This document shows positions 27,984 to 37,282 of a stretch of 47,522 nt of DNA, one piece after another. The stretch is taken from the IMG/VR virus record IMGVR_UViG_3300010384_000010. The stretch is one strand, 5' to 3'. Both the position numbers and the translations under genes were made by a program. Source of the stretch: a virus. The number at the start of each line of letters is the position of its first letter. Position 1 is the stretch's first letter. The notes beneath the pieces were generated by a model that was given only the letters and a program-made list of their open reading frames with translations, ran no database searches and was not told the DNA's origin.

Positions 27984-28047
27984 CTCTATCGTCTATGGCC
28001 GGAAGGCCGGCGGAGCAAATTAGAACACGCTCCGCCGGCTTGCGCAA
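27984..28047 (-). promoter_or_regulatory. Early promoter (TTGCGC-17-TGt-TCTAAT) with the -10 in the loop of an 11-bp inverted repeat, plus leader motif
   Basis: -10 at 28019..28024 and -35 at 28042..28047. Inverted repeat arms at 28006..28016 and 28029..28039. Motif ctctatcgtctatgg at 27984..27998. Confidence 0.55.
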
Positions 28048-28056
28048 TACCCCGGG

Positions 28057-28695
28057 CTACAGGCCGCTGGCCGAGCAGCTCAGCGAAATCTGGGAAGATG
28101 AGGCCAGGGCGCCCGACTTGAACACCTCGATCAGCAGCGTGCCAGCGTTGTATGCGCTGTCGCCAGAAGCGGTGGACGTGGCGCTCGCGGTGAATGAGCG
28201 GGTGGTCGTCAGGGCGGCAGCGCTGGGGGCGCCGTTGGTGTAGCTGGCCGTGCCGCCGCCAGGGTCGTCCTCGTTGGCGAAGCCCGGTCCGGTGTAGCGG
28301 CAGGTGCACTGCGACACGGAGGCGCCCGAGGGCAGCCACGTGCCCGAGGCGAGCGTCGTCACGGTGTTGGTTACGGTGTAGGTGCCGTCCGACTTCAGGC
28401 TCACTTGCAGGGTGGCGGTGCCGCGCCCCACGTTGCGACTGTAAGAGTTACCGTCGATGGGGAGCCCGCCCACCGCTCCGGTGTTCTTGGCAAACAAGGA
28501 GGCAATGTCCGTGCCGTTCTTCAGGATGCCGGTGCTGGCCGGCGCCGTCCCCTGGGAGCGCGGCGCGTACAAGTTGCAGATGTCGGTCCCGTTCTCCTGA
28601 ATTCCGGTGGCGGCCACCTTGGGCATCCCAGTGGTCCAGGGCATGAGCAGCGACGACAGCCGCTGCCCGCCTTTGGCGTAGAGGGGGGAGGCCAT
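28057..28695 (-). CDS. Tail-fibre-associated / distal receptor-binding protein (putative)
   Basis: 212 aa and the last gene of the tail module. It has an internal duplication: TGIQENGTDICNLYA and TGILKNGTDIASLFA. Confidence 0.45.
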   Translation of the reverse strand: MASPLYAKGGQRLSSLLMPWTTGMPKVAATGIQENGTDICNLYAPRSQGTAPASTGILKNGTDIASLFAKNTGAVGGLPIDGNSYSRNVGRGTATLQVSLKSDGTYTVTNTVTTLASGTWLPSGASVSQCTCRYTGPGFANEDDPGGGTASYTNGAPSAAALTTTRSFTASATSTASGDSAYNAGTLLIEVFKSGALASSSQISLSCSASGL

Positions 28696-28698
28696 CGG

Positions 28699-30159
28699 TC
28701 AGCCGCCCAGCTTCGCGAGCCGCTCGCGGAGCGCCGCGTTCTCGGCCGCCAGCTCGTCCACGCGCTGTGCTGCCCACATGGCCAGCTCCAGGGCGGAATG
28801 GGAGTAGTCGACGCCCAGGCGGCGCACGGTCTTCTTCGCCCCGGGCTTCAGGTAGTCGAACTCGTGCACGTACTCCGGGGCGTCCTTCTGCATGTCCTGG
28901 GCCAGCACGCCGCGCCCGGCCTCGCCGCTGTCCGCGTGCACGTAATCGCAGAGTCGGAGCCGGCGGTGTAGGGGGCGCGGCTCGGTGAAGGCGATGTCGC
29001 GCTTGATGCGCCGGTCGGAGCCCTGCACGTTGCAGGTGCCCTGCACAATCAGGTTGCCGTAGAACTGGCCGTAGGTCGCCTGAATCTTCAGGCAGTAGTC
29101 CCAGCTGGTGCCGTTCCAGGTCTGCATGTTCATACCGCCGTCTACGCCGTCGCTGACGTTCACGAAGATGCGGTAGGCGTTGGTCCCGTTCGGAGCCGAG
29201 TAAAACGTCAGGGTTGCGAGGTTGTGCTTGATCGACAGCATGTCGCTCAGCTGGCCGCCCGTCAGCGGGAGCAGGCCGTTCAGGGCGTCCTGCAGCCCGT
29301 TCGTCTTGGCGATAGCAAGGGCTCCATCCGCGATGGCCGTAGCGAGCGTGACGCTGCCGGTGCCGTCGAAGTTGACGGCCGCTGCGGTCACCGGGCCCGT
29401 AAGGTTGAACGCGCGGGCGGTGGCCAGCCGGGTGGCGGCCTGGGCGGTGCCGTCGACCGGCAGATAGCCAGTGCCGGTGAAGCCGGCGGAGTAGTAGTTG
29501 GTGCCGTCGCTGAACACCACCATGGCGGTGCCCCCGCCCACTGTCACACCGGAGCCGGTGGCGCCCTGCACGTTGAGCGTTCCGCCGCCGGTCGTCCGGT
29601 TGCTGACGATGTACGAGGCACCGGCCGCCAGCGGCAGGCGCAGGGCAGTGGTGAGGCCGGTCGAGTCCCCGGTCACCGCGAGCACGTTGCAAGTCAGCTG
29701 CGCCACGGTGGGGGTCAGGTCGCCCGCCGCCACGGCCAGCGAGGCCCGGCCGCTGTTCGGGCGGAATGCCACCCAGCCGGCGCCGCCCGCGTCGGGGTCC
29801 GCGCTGTTGTCGTCCGTGGTGTTGATCCACAGCACGTTCACCCCGGCCGTGGCGCTGCGCAGCACGGCGCCCGCCGGGTAGCCGCCGATCGCGGCGGCGA
29901 AGGTCGAGTCGTAGGCGTAGGTCCCGCCCGCCTGGAGCCAGCGGCCCTGGGCGGTCATTTCGAAAAGCAGGCCGTTGAAGTCCTGCCCGTACGGGGGGGT
30001 GCCGCCCGACGCGATCGGTTGGCGAGTCTCGTCCGGGAAGCCCTGGTCGTAGGAGGCACGCCCCGGGCTGGCCGGCGGCTGGGTGGCCGGAATCGTGAAC
30101 TTCGTGCCGTTGGTGGCGAACGGGACCGGCTGGCGCGCGGGGACGTTGATGGCTTTCAT
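28699..30159 (-). CDS. Tail fibre with a C-terminal intramolecular chaperone (peptidase S74) domain
   Basis: 486 aa. GSDRRIKRDIAF... followed by a coiled C-terminus (ELAAENAALRERLAKL) is the S74 auto-cleaving chaperone signature. Confidence 0.75.
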   Translation of the reverse strand: MKAINVPARQPVPFATNGTKFTIPATQPPASPGRASYDQGFPDETRQPIASGGTPPYGQDFNGLLFEMTAQGRWLQAGGTYAYDSTFAAAIGGYPAGAVLRSATAGVNVLWINTTDDNSADPDAGGAGWVAFRPNSGRASLAVAAGDLTPTVAQLTCNVLAVTGDSTGLTTALRLPLAAGASYIVSNRTTGGGTLNVQGATGSGVTVGGGTAMVVFSDGTNYYSAGFTGTGYLPVDGTAQAATRLATARAFNLTGPVTAAAVNFDGTGSVTLATAIADGALAIAKTNGLQDALNGLLPLTGGQLSDMLSIKHNLATLTFYSAPNGTNAYRIFVNVSDGVDGGMNMQTWNGTSWDYCLKIQATYGQFYGNLIVQGTCNVQGSDRRIKRDIAFTEPRPLHRRLRLCDYVHADSGEAGRGVLAQDMQKDAPEYVHEFDYLKPGAKKTVRRLGVDYSHSALELAMWAAQRVDELAAENAALRERLAKLGG

Positions 30160-30171
30160 GGGGTCGGTCCT

Positions 30172-30741
30172 TTAAGCGTTGACTTCGATGGTGACGCTGA
30201 CGCCGGCCGGACGGGGCATGAGGTCCGGCTGCTGAATCACGGACGCCTCCCAGGGCTGCAGGGCGAAGTTAAACACATACTTGATCGCCATGCCACCCAA
30301 CTCCTCGACGTGGCAGTCGCCGCGCCCGGCGAACAGGAACGAGAGCAGGGCGTTCATGCTCGGCGCAGTGAAGCTGCTGATATTCGCCAGAGCCTTGGTC
30401 ATGATGAGCACCCGGTAGGCATCATCGGTCAGGTTATAGACGCCGCCGGAATGTGGGCCATCATAGAACGGCTCCTGGTTGAACGGGAACGAGCCCGGGA
30501 GCGCCTCTTCGAAGCCCAGGTAGTCCGGCAGCGGCTGAATGGTGATCTGGCGCGGGATGTTGACGATTCGGCCCCAGATGTCAAGCCCGAAGCCCTGCGC
30601 GGTCTCCACGTTCCACACGTAGTCGTAAAAGGCGTCCAGGTCCGCGCCCGGATCGACCCACCCGTTGGTGTAATCGACCAGCGCCGCGATGCGCGGGCTG
30701 TTGGCGTACTGGTTGAGGATCGTCTGCTCAGGGTTCAGCAT
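30172..30741 (-). CDS. DUF2612-type baseplate/tail-fibre adaptor protein
   Basis: Trimmed to MLNPEQTILNQYANSPRIAALVDY..., which matches the DUF2612 N-terminus as I recall it. It follows the baseplate J gene. Confidence 0.55.
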   Translation of the reverse strand: MLNPEQTILNQYANSPRIAALVDYTNGWVDPGADLDAFYDYVWNVETAQGFGLDIWGRIVNIPRQITIQPLPDYLGFEEALPGSFPFNQEPFYDGPHSGGVYNLTDDAYRVLIMTKALANISSFTAPSMNALLSFLFAGRGDCHVEELGGMAIKYVFNFALQPWEASVIQQPDLMPRPAGVSVTIEVNA

Positions 30742-30745
30742 GGCA

Positions 30746-31957
30746 TCACACCAGCGCGATCTGGATGTTGGCCGGGTCGAGCGTCGGGGCCTGGTCGATG
30801 CCCACCTGCAGCGAAGTGCCGGTCGGGTCGGTCGCCGTGCCCAGGGCCACCGAAAGAATCTCGACGTTCGGGTCCACCCCCGCAATGCCCGGGTAGTACC
30901 GGCCCGCGTACAAGTTGGAGGCGATGCGCGCCCGGCTGCCACCGTCCGCGCCGTTGAACGCGGCGACGATGGCGTCCCGGATCAGGTCCGACACGTTGGA
31001 GACCATCTTCGGATTGTTGACGAGCGAGACCTTGAAAAAGACCGGGAGGGCAGCCGGTGTCACCCAGCTAACCGGGTACTGCGGGCGGGGCGGGGCGTAG
31101 TTTTCATCCTCCACCGTGTAGGTGGTGGTCCCGTTGTAGTTGCATCCCAAAGACTTCTTCGACCAGATGGCCTTCGCGATGTCGGCCGCCGCTCCCCCCA
31201 CCGCCGCAACGTATACCGAGTTGGCCGCGACCGGGTAGTCGGTGGAGCCGGTGTTGACGATGCCGGCCGTGGGGTTGTCGATCACGTAGGCGTCCAGCAC
31301 CCCGGCCACATCCAGGACCGCCCCGTAGATCGCCTGGGGGGAATTCACCGCGTTTTTGGCCACGGAGTTGCGGCGCCTGTATTCGAAGTCGGCCCGGCTC
31401 TCCACATCCGCGCCCACGGTACCGGCCGCCGCGTTGGTTACGGCATCCCACCCGGTGACCGCCTTGTAGATCGTACCAAGCGAGCCGCTCGGGCACTGGA
31501 TGGGGCCGGTGGTCTGGCACTGGAAGCTCACCGTCATGGTGCCGTCCGCGCCGATGGTGCCGTCCGCCAGGGAGGCGTACACGTAGCCGGCCGCGTCCTG
31601 CGCCAGGGAGCCCGCCGGGATCAGGGTCCCTACTAGACCAGTGAGGGTCGCGGAGACGACCGTCCCGGAGGCCGGGATGCGGTCCAAGAAGTATATCCGG
31701 CCGATGCCGTCCTGCCACCGGCCGCTCGCGGTGTCGGGGTTGACCTGGTTCGCCATGTTGGCGATTTCATCATTCTTGGCCGCGATGATGGCCGCCGCGC
31801 TCTGCGCCAGCTGGCCCTGGGGCGAGGACAGGCTCTTGCTCAGGGTGGTCCCGAAAGCGGCATCGTAGTCGGCTTGGACGCCCGCCAGGATGTCACCCTC
31901 CTGGGGCAGCACCACGCCGGTCAGCGTGAACTGGATTTTGGGGACGTTGGAGGGCAT
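30746..31957 (-). CDS. Baseplate J-like wedge protein
   Basis: 403 aa. Its position and length, and the N-terminus (FTLTGVVLPQEGDILAGVQADYDAAFG), are typical of gpJ/gp47-like proteins. Confidence 0.65.
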   Translation of the reverse strand: MPSNVPKIQFTLTGVVLPQEGDILAGVQADYDAAFGTTLSKSLSSPQGQLAQSAAAIIAAKNDEIANMANQVNPDTASGRWQDGIGRIYFLDRIPASGTVVSATLTGLVGTLIPAGSLAQDAAGYVYASLADGTIGADGTMTVSFQCQTTGPIQCPSGSLGTIYKAVTGWDAVTNAAAGTVGADVESRADFEYRRRNSVAKNAVNSPQAIYGAVLDVAGVLDAYVIDNPTAGIVNTGSTDYPVAANSVYVAAVGGAAADIAKAIWSKKSLGCNYNGTTTYTVEDENYAPPRPQYPVSWVTPAALPVFFKVSLVNNPKMVSNVSDLIRDAIVAAFNGADGGSRARIASNLYAGRYYPGIAGVDPNVEILSVALGTATDPTGTSLQVGIDQAPTLDPANIQIALV

Positions 31958-32307
31958 CAGAAGCTAACCTCTAGGGGGACAGTGGAAGTGGAAGTGGTCG
32001 CGTACACCACGCCGGTCAGGTTGCGGCCATCCAACGCGAGCTTGGCGATGGTCACGCCGGTCACGCCCTGGATCGTCAGCGCCGCCTGCTCGATTTTATG
32101 CTTAAGGAAAGCGGTAGTGGGCCGCTGGCCGAAGATGCTCTCCAGGTAGGGTAGGCCGAGCGCCGTGTCGTACCAGCATTCGCCCGCGAAAGTCTGGATG
32201 GCCGCCGCCACGTCCTGGGCGATCGATGCGTCGTCACCGGCCAGGGCAACGTTCCCGAAGCCGTCGACCGCGAGGTCCCAGGATGGGCCGAGCTGCAGGG
32301 TCTTCAT
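31957..32307 (-). CDS. Baseplate protein (gpW/gp25-like)
   Basis: 116 aa, located between the gpV-like and gpJ-like genes. Overlapping start and stop codons. Confidence 0.5.
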   Translation of the reverse strand: MKTLQLGPSWDLAVDGFGNVALAGDDASIAQDVAAAIQTFAGECWYDTALGLPYLESIFGQRPTTAFLKHKIEQAALTIQGVTGVTIAKLALDGRNLTGVVYATTSTSTVPLEVSF

Positions 32308-33014
32308 ACCGGGGTGCCCGTCTGACCGCCGCCGGTCGCGACGCCGCCGTGTTTATGGGTGTGGACGCTGGTACCCTGAGCCGTGACGTCGCCATCGGCC
32401 ACGATCGTCCCTTCATTCGTCTGGTTGCCGGTAATGTGCACGGGCCCATCCTCCTGGATGTCCGGGGAGGTGACTTTGAACTGCGTGCTTGCCGCGACCT
32501 CGACGCTGGGCGCCTGGAGTCGGATTTTGGTGGGGGAGACCAGCTCCACGCCATCGGCGCTAAACCGCACGTACTGCTGCGGCACCCCGTTCAAGATGCC
32601 GCCCAAGTACAGGGCGTCCGCCAGGGAGTGGCGGCGGCCCGAGCCCGGGGGCGCCATGCCGCGCGCGGCAACGGCGGCCGAGATGTCGCGGTCGGCGAAC
32701 ACGGCGATACCCAGGTCACCCACTTTGGGGTCCAGGATCACGGCGTCGGCCCCGCCTTGCAGGCGCAGATAGGGCACCCCATAGAGCGGGGGCAGGGGCG
32801 TGACTTTGCCGGTGCCGTCCGTCTGCTGGACGAGCGGCTGCACGTCCACGAAGCCCACCGGCTCCAGGCCGCCCGCGTTGGTCACGGCCAGCACCCTCAC
32901 CACGGTAGTCGTGCGCAGCCGGGCAGCGTTGCGCCGGAAGAAGAACTCCAGAACGTCGAAGTCGCTCCCCCCGTTGGCCCCGTCGCGCTGCGTGCTAGCT
33001 TGTTGGGTTGACAT
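32304..33014 (-). CDS. Baseplate assembly protein V / central spike (Mu gp45-like)
   Basis: Trimmed to MSTQQASTQRDG.... The C-terminus VTAQGTSVHTHKHGGVATGGGQTGTP is typical of gpV/gp45 spikes. Confidence 0.6.
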   Translation of the reverse strand: MSTQQASTQRDGANGGSDFDVLEFFFRRNAARLRTTTVVRVLAVTNAGGLEPVGFVDVQPLVQQTDGTGKVTPLPPLYGVPYLRLQGGADAVILDPKVGDLGIAVFADRDISAAVAARGMAPPGSGRRHSLADALYLGGILNGVPQQYVRFSADGVELVSPTKIRLQAPSVEVAASTQFKVTSPDIQEDGPVHITGNQTNEGTIVADGDVTAQGTSVHTHKHGGVATGGGQTGTPV

Positions 33015-33906
33015 TGTACTTGCTCGTTCCCAGCTGGAGGCGCGTGAACCAGGGGCCGTTCGGCTCTTCGGAGGCGAGGTCGTGGCTGACCCCCCAGACG
33101 TAGAACTGGCCATTCGCCCCGGGAACGGCCACGCCACGGGCGCGGGGGTCGGGGATTGAGGACCGCACGTTCACCGTGCGCCCAACCTCCACGTCTGGCT
33201 TGAAAGTAGAAACCACCTCGATCCCGTTCACAATATACGTGGGGTATCCCACCATGCCGTTCTCGGGATTGACCTCAATTACGGTGGAATCGCGCGAGCC
33301 GGTACGGGGCCAGATCGTGAGCACGCCGTTCTCGATTGCGTAGCACACCCCCGCCGCCTGGCAGATGTCGCGAATTTGGTCAACTGCCGTGCCGCCCACG
33401 GCGTGGTTGCTGAGCTTCGCGTCCACGCCCGCGTTGAGGAAGCCCATATTGGCGGCCTTGGCGATGCCCTCCAGCATCGTGGATACGGCCATCACGCCCT
33501 TATAGCTGCTGGCCGCGATCGCGTTGTATTGTGCGTTTGCCAGGGCGGAGGCGACCAGGGTCACGCCGACATCGGGCATGCCGTTGTAGCCGACGTTGCC
33601 GTAGGTGATGCCGCCGCTGAACACCTGGGACATGCCCTGCTGGTCATCCCCCGCGAACACAGTCACAAGGTTCCGGCGGTAAGTACCCATACTGAAGCCC
33701 AGGGTGGACAGCTTTGCCATATCTTGCCCGCGCATACCAAACACCGTCAGCTCCAGCTGAGAGGCGAAGGAGCCGGTGCTGCCCGCATAGCTGCGGATGG
33801 CCGCGTTGCAGCGCAGGCCCCGCAGGGTCAGCGTGTCGCTGCTGCCGTCGAAAGTGTCGCCATCCAGCGAGACCTGGACGTCGATCCGGCGCCGGGTGAG
33901 GCTCAT
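32995..33906 (-). CDS. Baseplate hub-like protein
   Basis: Trimmed to MSLTRRRIDVQVSLDG.... 303 aa, located upstream of the spike gene. Confidence 0.4.
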   Translation of the reverse strand: MSLTRRRIDVQVSLDGDTFDGSSDTLTLRGLRCNAAIRSYAGSTGSFASQLELTVFGMRGQDMAKLSTLGFSMGTYRRNLVTVFAGDDQQGMSQVFSGGITYGNVGYNGMPDVGVTLVASALANAQYNAIAASSYKGVMAVSTMLEGIAKAANMGFLNAGVDAKLSNHAVGGTAVDQIRDICQAAGVCYAIENGVLTIWPRTGSRDSTVIEVNPENGMVGYPTYIVNGIEVVSTFKPDVEVGRTVNVRSSIPDPRARGVAVPGANGQFYVWGVSHDLASEEPNGPWFTRLQLGTSKYNVNPTS

Positions 33907-34217
33907 GCGGACCGCTCCTGGACTTCCGCCTCGGTGAGGTAGAGCAGGGACCAGCGCGAACCCAGCCCACCGTAAGCCGGGTCGGCCACGCCCAGCCGGT
34001 CGACGAACACGAGGTCCCCGGTGAAGCCCAGGTAGGCCAGCCGCACCATCAGCACGTTGGCCAGGCACAGCTGGGAGTTGAGCACCGGGTAGCCATTGAC
34101 GGTGAGGTCCATGAACAGGCCGGTGGTCTTCTGGTAAATCTCTATGAAGCAGCGCTGCCCGCCCAGGTTGACGGTGAACGCCTGGGAGGGCACGGACTGC
34201 AGAGTGACCGACTGCAT
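33903..34217 (-). CDS. Hypothetical tail/baseplate protein
   Basis: Trimmed to MQSVTLQSVPSQAFTVNLGGQRCFIEIYQ.... 104 aa. Confidence 0.5.
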   Translation of the reverse strand: MQSVTLQSVPSQAFTVNLGGQRCFIEIYQKTTGLFMDLTVNGYPVLNSQLCLANVLMVRLAYLGFTGDLVFVDRLGVADPAYGGLGSRWSLLYLTEAEVQERSA

Positions 34218-34816
34218 CACTGAATCCCCCTTTGAAGGGCCAGCAGCTCCGCCGGGGTGGGGGCAGCAGTCGTGGCCGTTCCCGCGTTGCGCTGGCTCTC
34301 CGCGCTCGGGGAGCGGGCCCCCGTGATCGTGGGGGCGGAGCCGTTCGCCGTGTAGGTGGCCGAGGCCACCTCGCGAATCTCTTCGAACATCACGTCCGCG
34401 ACGATCATGGAGGCGCCGGCCTTGGCGGTCTTCTTGTAGTCGAACCGAGTGACCGTCACGCCCTCGTAGAAGCCGTGCGGGGTGGAGAGGTCGTAGGTCT
34501 CGGTGCTGTTCAGCATATACGCGAGCTGACGGAGGAAGTCGTCCGTGCCCATGAGGTTGCCGTCGCACACTAGCTGCACACGCAGGCCGAACGGCATCTG
34601 CACCTTGTTATAACTGGCAAACGCGCCACGCTCCAGCGGGTAGTTGCAGACGCGCGACTCGCCCCGGAATTCCAGCTCGCAGAAGCTGTCGGGGGTAATC
34701 GCCTCGTCGGAGGTGCCGCTGCTGAAGATGGCCCACTGCGCGTAGTGCGGAGCCAGGAGGTCGTAGACCTCCGTGCTCGCCGCGATCAGAATTGCTTTGG
34801 AAGCGCTGGACATCAA
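34217..34816 (-). CDS. Hypothetical tail protein
   Basis: 199 aa, immediately downstream of the tape measure gene. Confidence 0.55.
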   Translation of the reverse strand: MMSSASKAILIAASTEVYDLLAPHYAQWAIFSSGTSDEAITPDSFCELEFRGESRVCNYPLERGAFASYNKVQMPFGLRVQLVCDGNLMGTDDFLRQLAYMLNSTETYDLSTPHGFYEGVTVTRFDYKKTAKAGASMIVADVMFEEIREVASATYTANGSAPTITGARSPSAESQRNAGTATTAAPTPAELLALQRGIQ

Positions 34817-36660
34817 TCAAGGCCCGTGTCTGCTTGTGCGATAAGCCCGTTCCGCTGGATGTCCCGGCGCAGGTCGCGGGCCACGCCCTCGCCATCGGTC
34901 GCGGGGGTGTGGACCTCGATCTTGCCAACGTGGACTTCGGTAGTATGCTGCACCGCCGGCCGCGAGGCGCTCGCCAGGGCTCCGCCCTTGGACCCCGCCA
35001 TTATACCCGACAGGATGTCCTGGTTGGAAACATAGGCGCCGTTCCCCTCTTGGTTGACGATGCCACGGATCAAGGCACTGAGCACCGTGGGGTCCGTCAT
35101 GTTCAAATGCTGCCCAGCCTTGAAGCCGGTGCTGCCGGTCAGGGCCTGCACGTATGCGGCCACGTCGTTCCCATCGGCACCCGGGGCGTAGGTCTTCACG
35201 ATTTCGTCGATCGTGTCGGTGCCGCGCCCGCCATAGAGCTGGAGCTGGCGGGCCAGCGCTGCCACGCCGTCCTGCATCGAGTCGAACGCGGCGAAGCGCG
35301 CGCCCTTGCCGCTCTCCAGGTGGGCACCGGCCTGGCCCGCGTAGTTGAGGTTGCCCGGGTTGTTGTTGCGGGCCCCGCGCGGCCGGTCCTTCTTCATCAG
35401 GCGCAGGAACTCGGGGTGGTCCTTCGCGAACTCCGCCCTGTCGGCCGGGGACCACCGGGAGTAGCTGGCCCTCCAATTCTTCTTCCACGCCTCGTCGTGG
35501 GAGTTGAAGTCCTCCAGGTCGAGGGACGCCTGCGCGTCATCGTTGCCGAACATCGCCAGGACGGATGCGATCGCGCGGCCGGCCGCGTGGCCCGCCTCGC
35601 TCTGGCTGACCCCGGTCTTCTCATCGATCGCCTTGCCCACCTGCCAGCCGGCCCAGGCAGCCCCCGCCGTGCCGATCAGCGGGATCATCTGGCCAAGAGC
35701 CGCGACGATGCCCAGCAGCGGCGACAGAATCTTCAGCGCGAGCACGGCGCCCAGGGCTTCGGCCGCGACCTTCCAGCCGCCGAACTCCTCGACGACCTTG
35801 TCGACCTCTGCGAAGGTCTCCGACAGCACTCGCAGGACCTTGTCCCAATCGATCGAATCCAGCCAGTCGGCCAGCCGGTAGGCCAGCTTCTCCAGGGTGG
35901 GGGCGAGGGCCATGAAGGCCACCTCGCTGGCCTCCTTCAGGCGCTGCTGGACGTCCGCCCACTGTTGCTGCAGCTCTTGGGCGTGCCGTGTGCTCTCGGC
36001 GGTAATCTTGGAAAGCGACTCAGCGTGGTCCAGCCGCTTTTTCAGCTCGTCGGGCCCCAGCATAAGCTGGTTGAACATCGAGCCCACGCCCAGCTGACCG
36101 GCCAGCCACATGGCCTGCTGGCGCGGGAGCTGGGCCAGGCGCTTGGAGATGTTGACCAGCACCCCCTCGTAGTTGAGGAGGCGCCCGGAGCTGTCCGTCA
36201 GGACGACCCCGTTTGCGCGCGCAGCGTCGGTGAACGCGCTGTGGCCCTTGATGGCCGCCTCGGCCAGGCCGCCGGCCACGTTCTGCAGGGTGTTGAACGC
36301 GTCGGACGCCTGGCCACCCATCTCCCGGGCGACGACGCCCCACGCCTCCAGGCGGCGGGCGTTGATGTCGAGGTTCTTGCTGAGGCGGCCCAGCTCCGCC
36401 TGACCCTGGACGTTGCTCGTGATGAACTCTTTGATGCCTACGGTGGCACCAAAGAGGGAGAGCAGGGCGAACAGCTGGTTCTTGGTGGAGCCGATCGCGT
36501 CGCCGGTCTTCTTCCACCCGGCTTGGGCCTCTTTCTGCTGCTGAGCCTCGCGCTCGCGCAGCTTCCTCAGGTCCTCCGCGATGCGGGCGCGGTTGCGGTC
36601 GTAGTCGGCCGCGTCCAGGCCCAGGGTGACGACCAGCGCGTCGATTACGTTAACGCTCAT
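34813..36660 (-). CDS. Tape measure protein with a C-terminal NNNPGN-motif domain
   Basis: Trimmed to MSVNVIDALVVTLGLDAADYD.... Long helical protein. The C-terminal block reads RGARNNNPGNLNYAGQ...FDSMQDGVAALARQL. Confidence 0.75.
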   Translation of the reverse strand: MSVNVIDALVVTLGLDAADYDRNRARIAEDLRKLREREAQQQKEAQAGWKKTGDAIGSTKNQLFALLSLFGATVGIKEFITSNVQGQAELGRLSKNLDINARRLEAWGVVAREMGGQASDAFNTLQNVAGGLAEAAIKGHSAFTDAARANGVVLTDSSGRLLNYEGVLVNISKRLAQLPRQQAMWLAGQLGVGSMFNQLMLGPDELKKRLDHAESLSKITAESTRHAQELQQQWADVQQRLKEASEVAFMALAPTLEKLAYRLADWLDSIDWDKVLRVLSETFAEVDKVVEEFGGWKVAAEALGAVLALKILSPLLGIVAALGQMIPLIGTAGAAWAGWQVGKAIDEKTGVSQSEAGHAAGRAIASVLAMFGNDDAQASLDLEDFNSHDEAWKKNWRASYSRWSPADRAEFAKDHPEFLRLMKKDRPRGARNNNPGNLNYAGQAGAHLESGKGARFAAFDSMQDGVAALARQLQLYGGRGTDTIDEIVKTYAPGADGNDVAAYVQALTGSTGFKAGQHLNMTDPTVLSALIRGIVNQEGNGAYVSNQDILSGIMAGSKGGALASASRPAVQHTTEVHVGKIEVHTPATDGEGVARDLRRDIQRNGLIAQADTGLD

Positions 36661-36902
36661 GGCTTCGTCTCCCGGTGCGCGTTGGCCGCCCGCTGGTTGT
36701 GGCGGTCGACGGTGATCACTTCCAGCATCATCCACAGGTCCTGCTGGCCGTACACGGTGTCAAGCTCGTGCAGGGTGGCCATCCGTGCCCCCACCACCGT
36801 TGCGATGGTCGGGGGCACGTTCACGCACTCGATCAGCCCGGAGATTGGGTCTCCGCCTCCGGACCCCGGGCCTGTTTCAAGAGGGAGGCGGCGGCGAAAA
36901 AA
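36657..36902 (-). CDS. -1 frame extension of the tail assembly chaperone (gpGT-like fusion product)
   Basis: The -1 frame stays open from the slippery site to the stop at 36657..36659 (...FFRRRLPLETGPGSGGGDPISGLIECVNVPP...RETKP). That stop overlaps the tape measure ATG (ATGA). Confidence 0.55.
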   Translation of the reverse strand, partial: FFRRRLPLETGPGSGGGDPISGLIECVNVPPTIATVVGARMATLHELDTVYGQQDLWMMLEVITVDRHNQRAANAHRETKP

Positions 36903-37282
36903 TCGAAGTGGAGCTTCAGCAGCTCCAGGCGCAAGCGCAGGCGGGTGGCGATTTCCTCGATGTCGTCCTCGATCAGCTTGCGGGAGAACTGCGGCTGGCT
37001 CAGGTCCGGCACCCGCTCGACGCAGGTGAACAGCTCGTCCAGCAGTGGCTGCAGCTCCTGGAACGGCAGCGCCGAGAGGGCGCGCACGCCCATCACGGCC
37101 AGCGCCGCCATGCCCTGGGCCTGGAACCCATCCGGCAGCTCCACGCCCGCCCGGGCGAGCGCGGTGAAGGCGCGGAGCGCCCACATCTCGGACTGCGATG
37201 CGGGCATCTCCGTGAGCAGGAAGCGCTTCCCCTTGTCCCGGCCTTCGGCGTCGACCGCAAACGTGGTAATCTTGCGGGCCAT
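36833..37282 (-). CDS. Tail assembly chaperone (gpG-like)
   Basis: Trimmed to MARKITTFAVDAEGRDKGKRFLL.... It lies between the tube and tape measure genes. Confidence 0.6.
   Translation of the reverse strand: MARKITTFAVDAEGRDKGKRFLLTEMPASQSEMWALRAFTALARAGVELPDGFQAQGMAALAVMGVRALSALPFQELQPLLDELFTCVERVPDLSQPQFSRKLIEDDIEEIATRLRLRLELLKLHFDFFAAASLLKQARGPEAETQSPG
36896..36902 (-). other. Slippery heptamer T_TTT_TTC (programmed -1 frameshift site)
   Basis: The zero frame reads GAT TTT TTC (D137-F138-F139 of the chaperone ORF), 21 codons before its stop. Confidence 0.55.
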
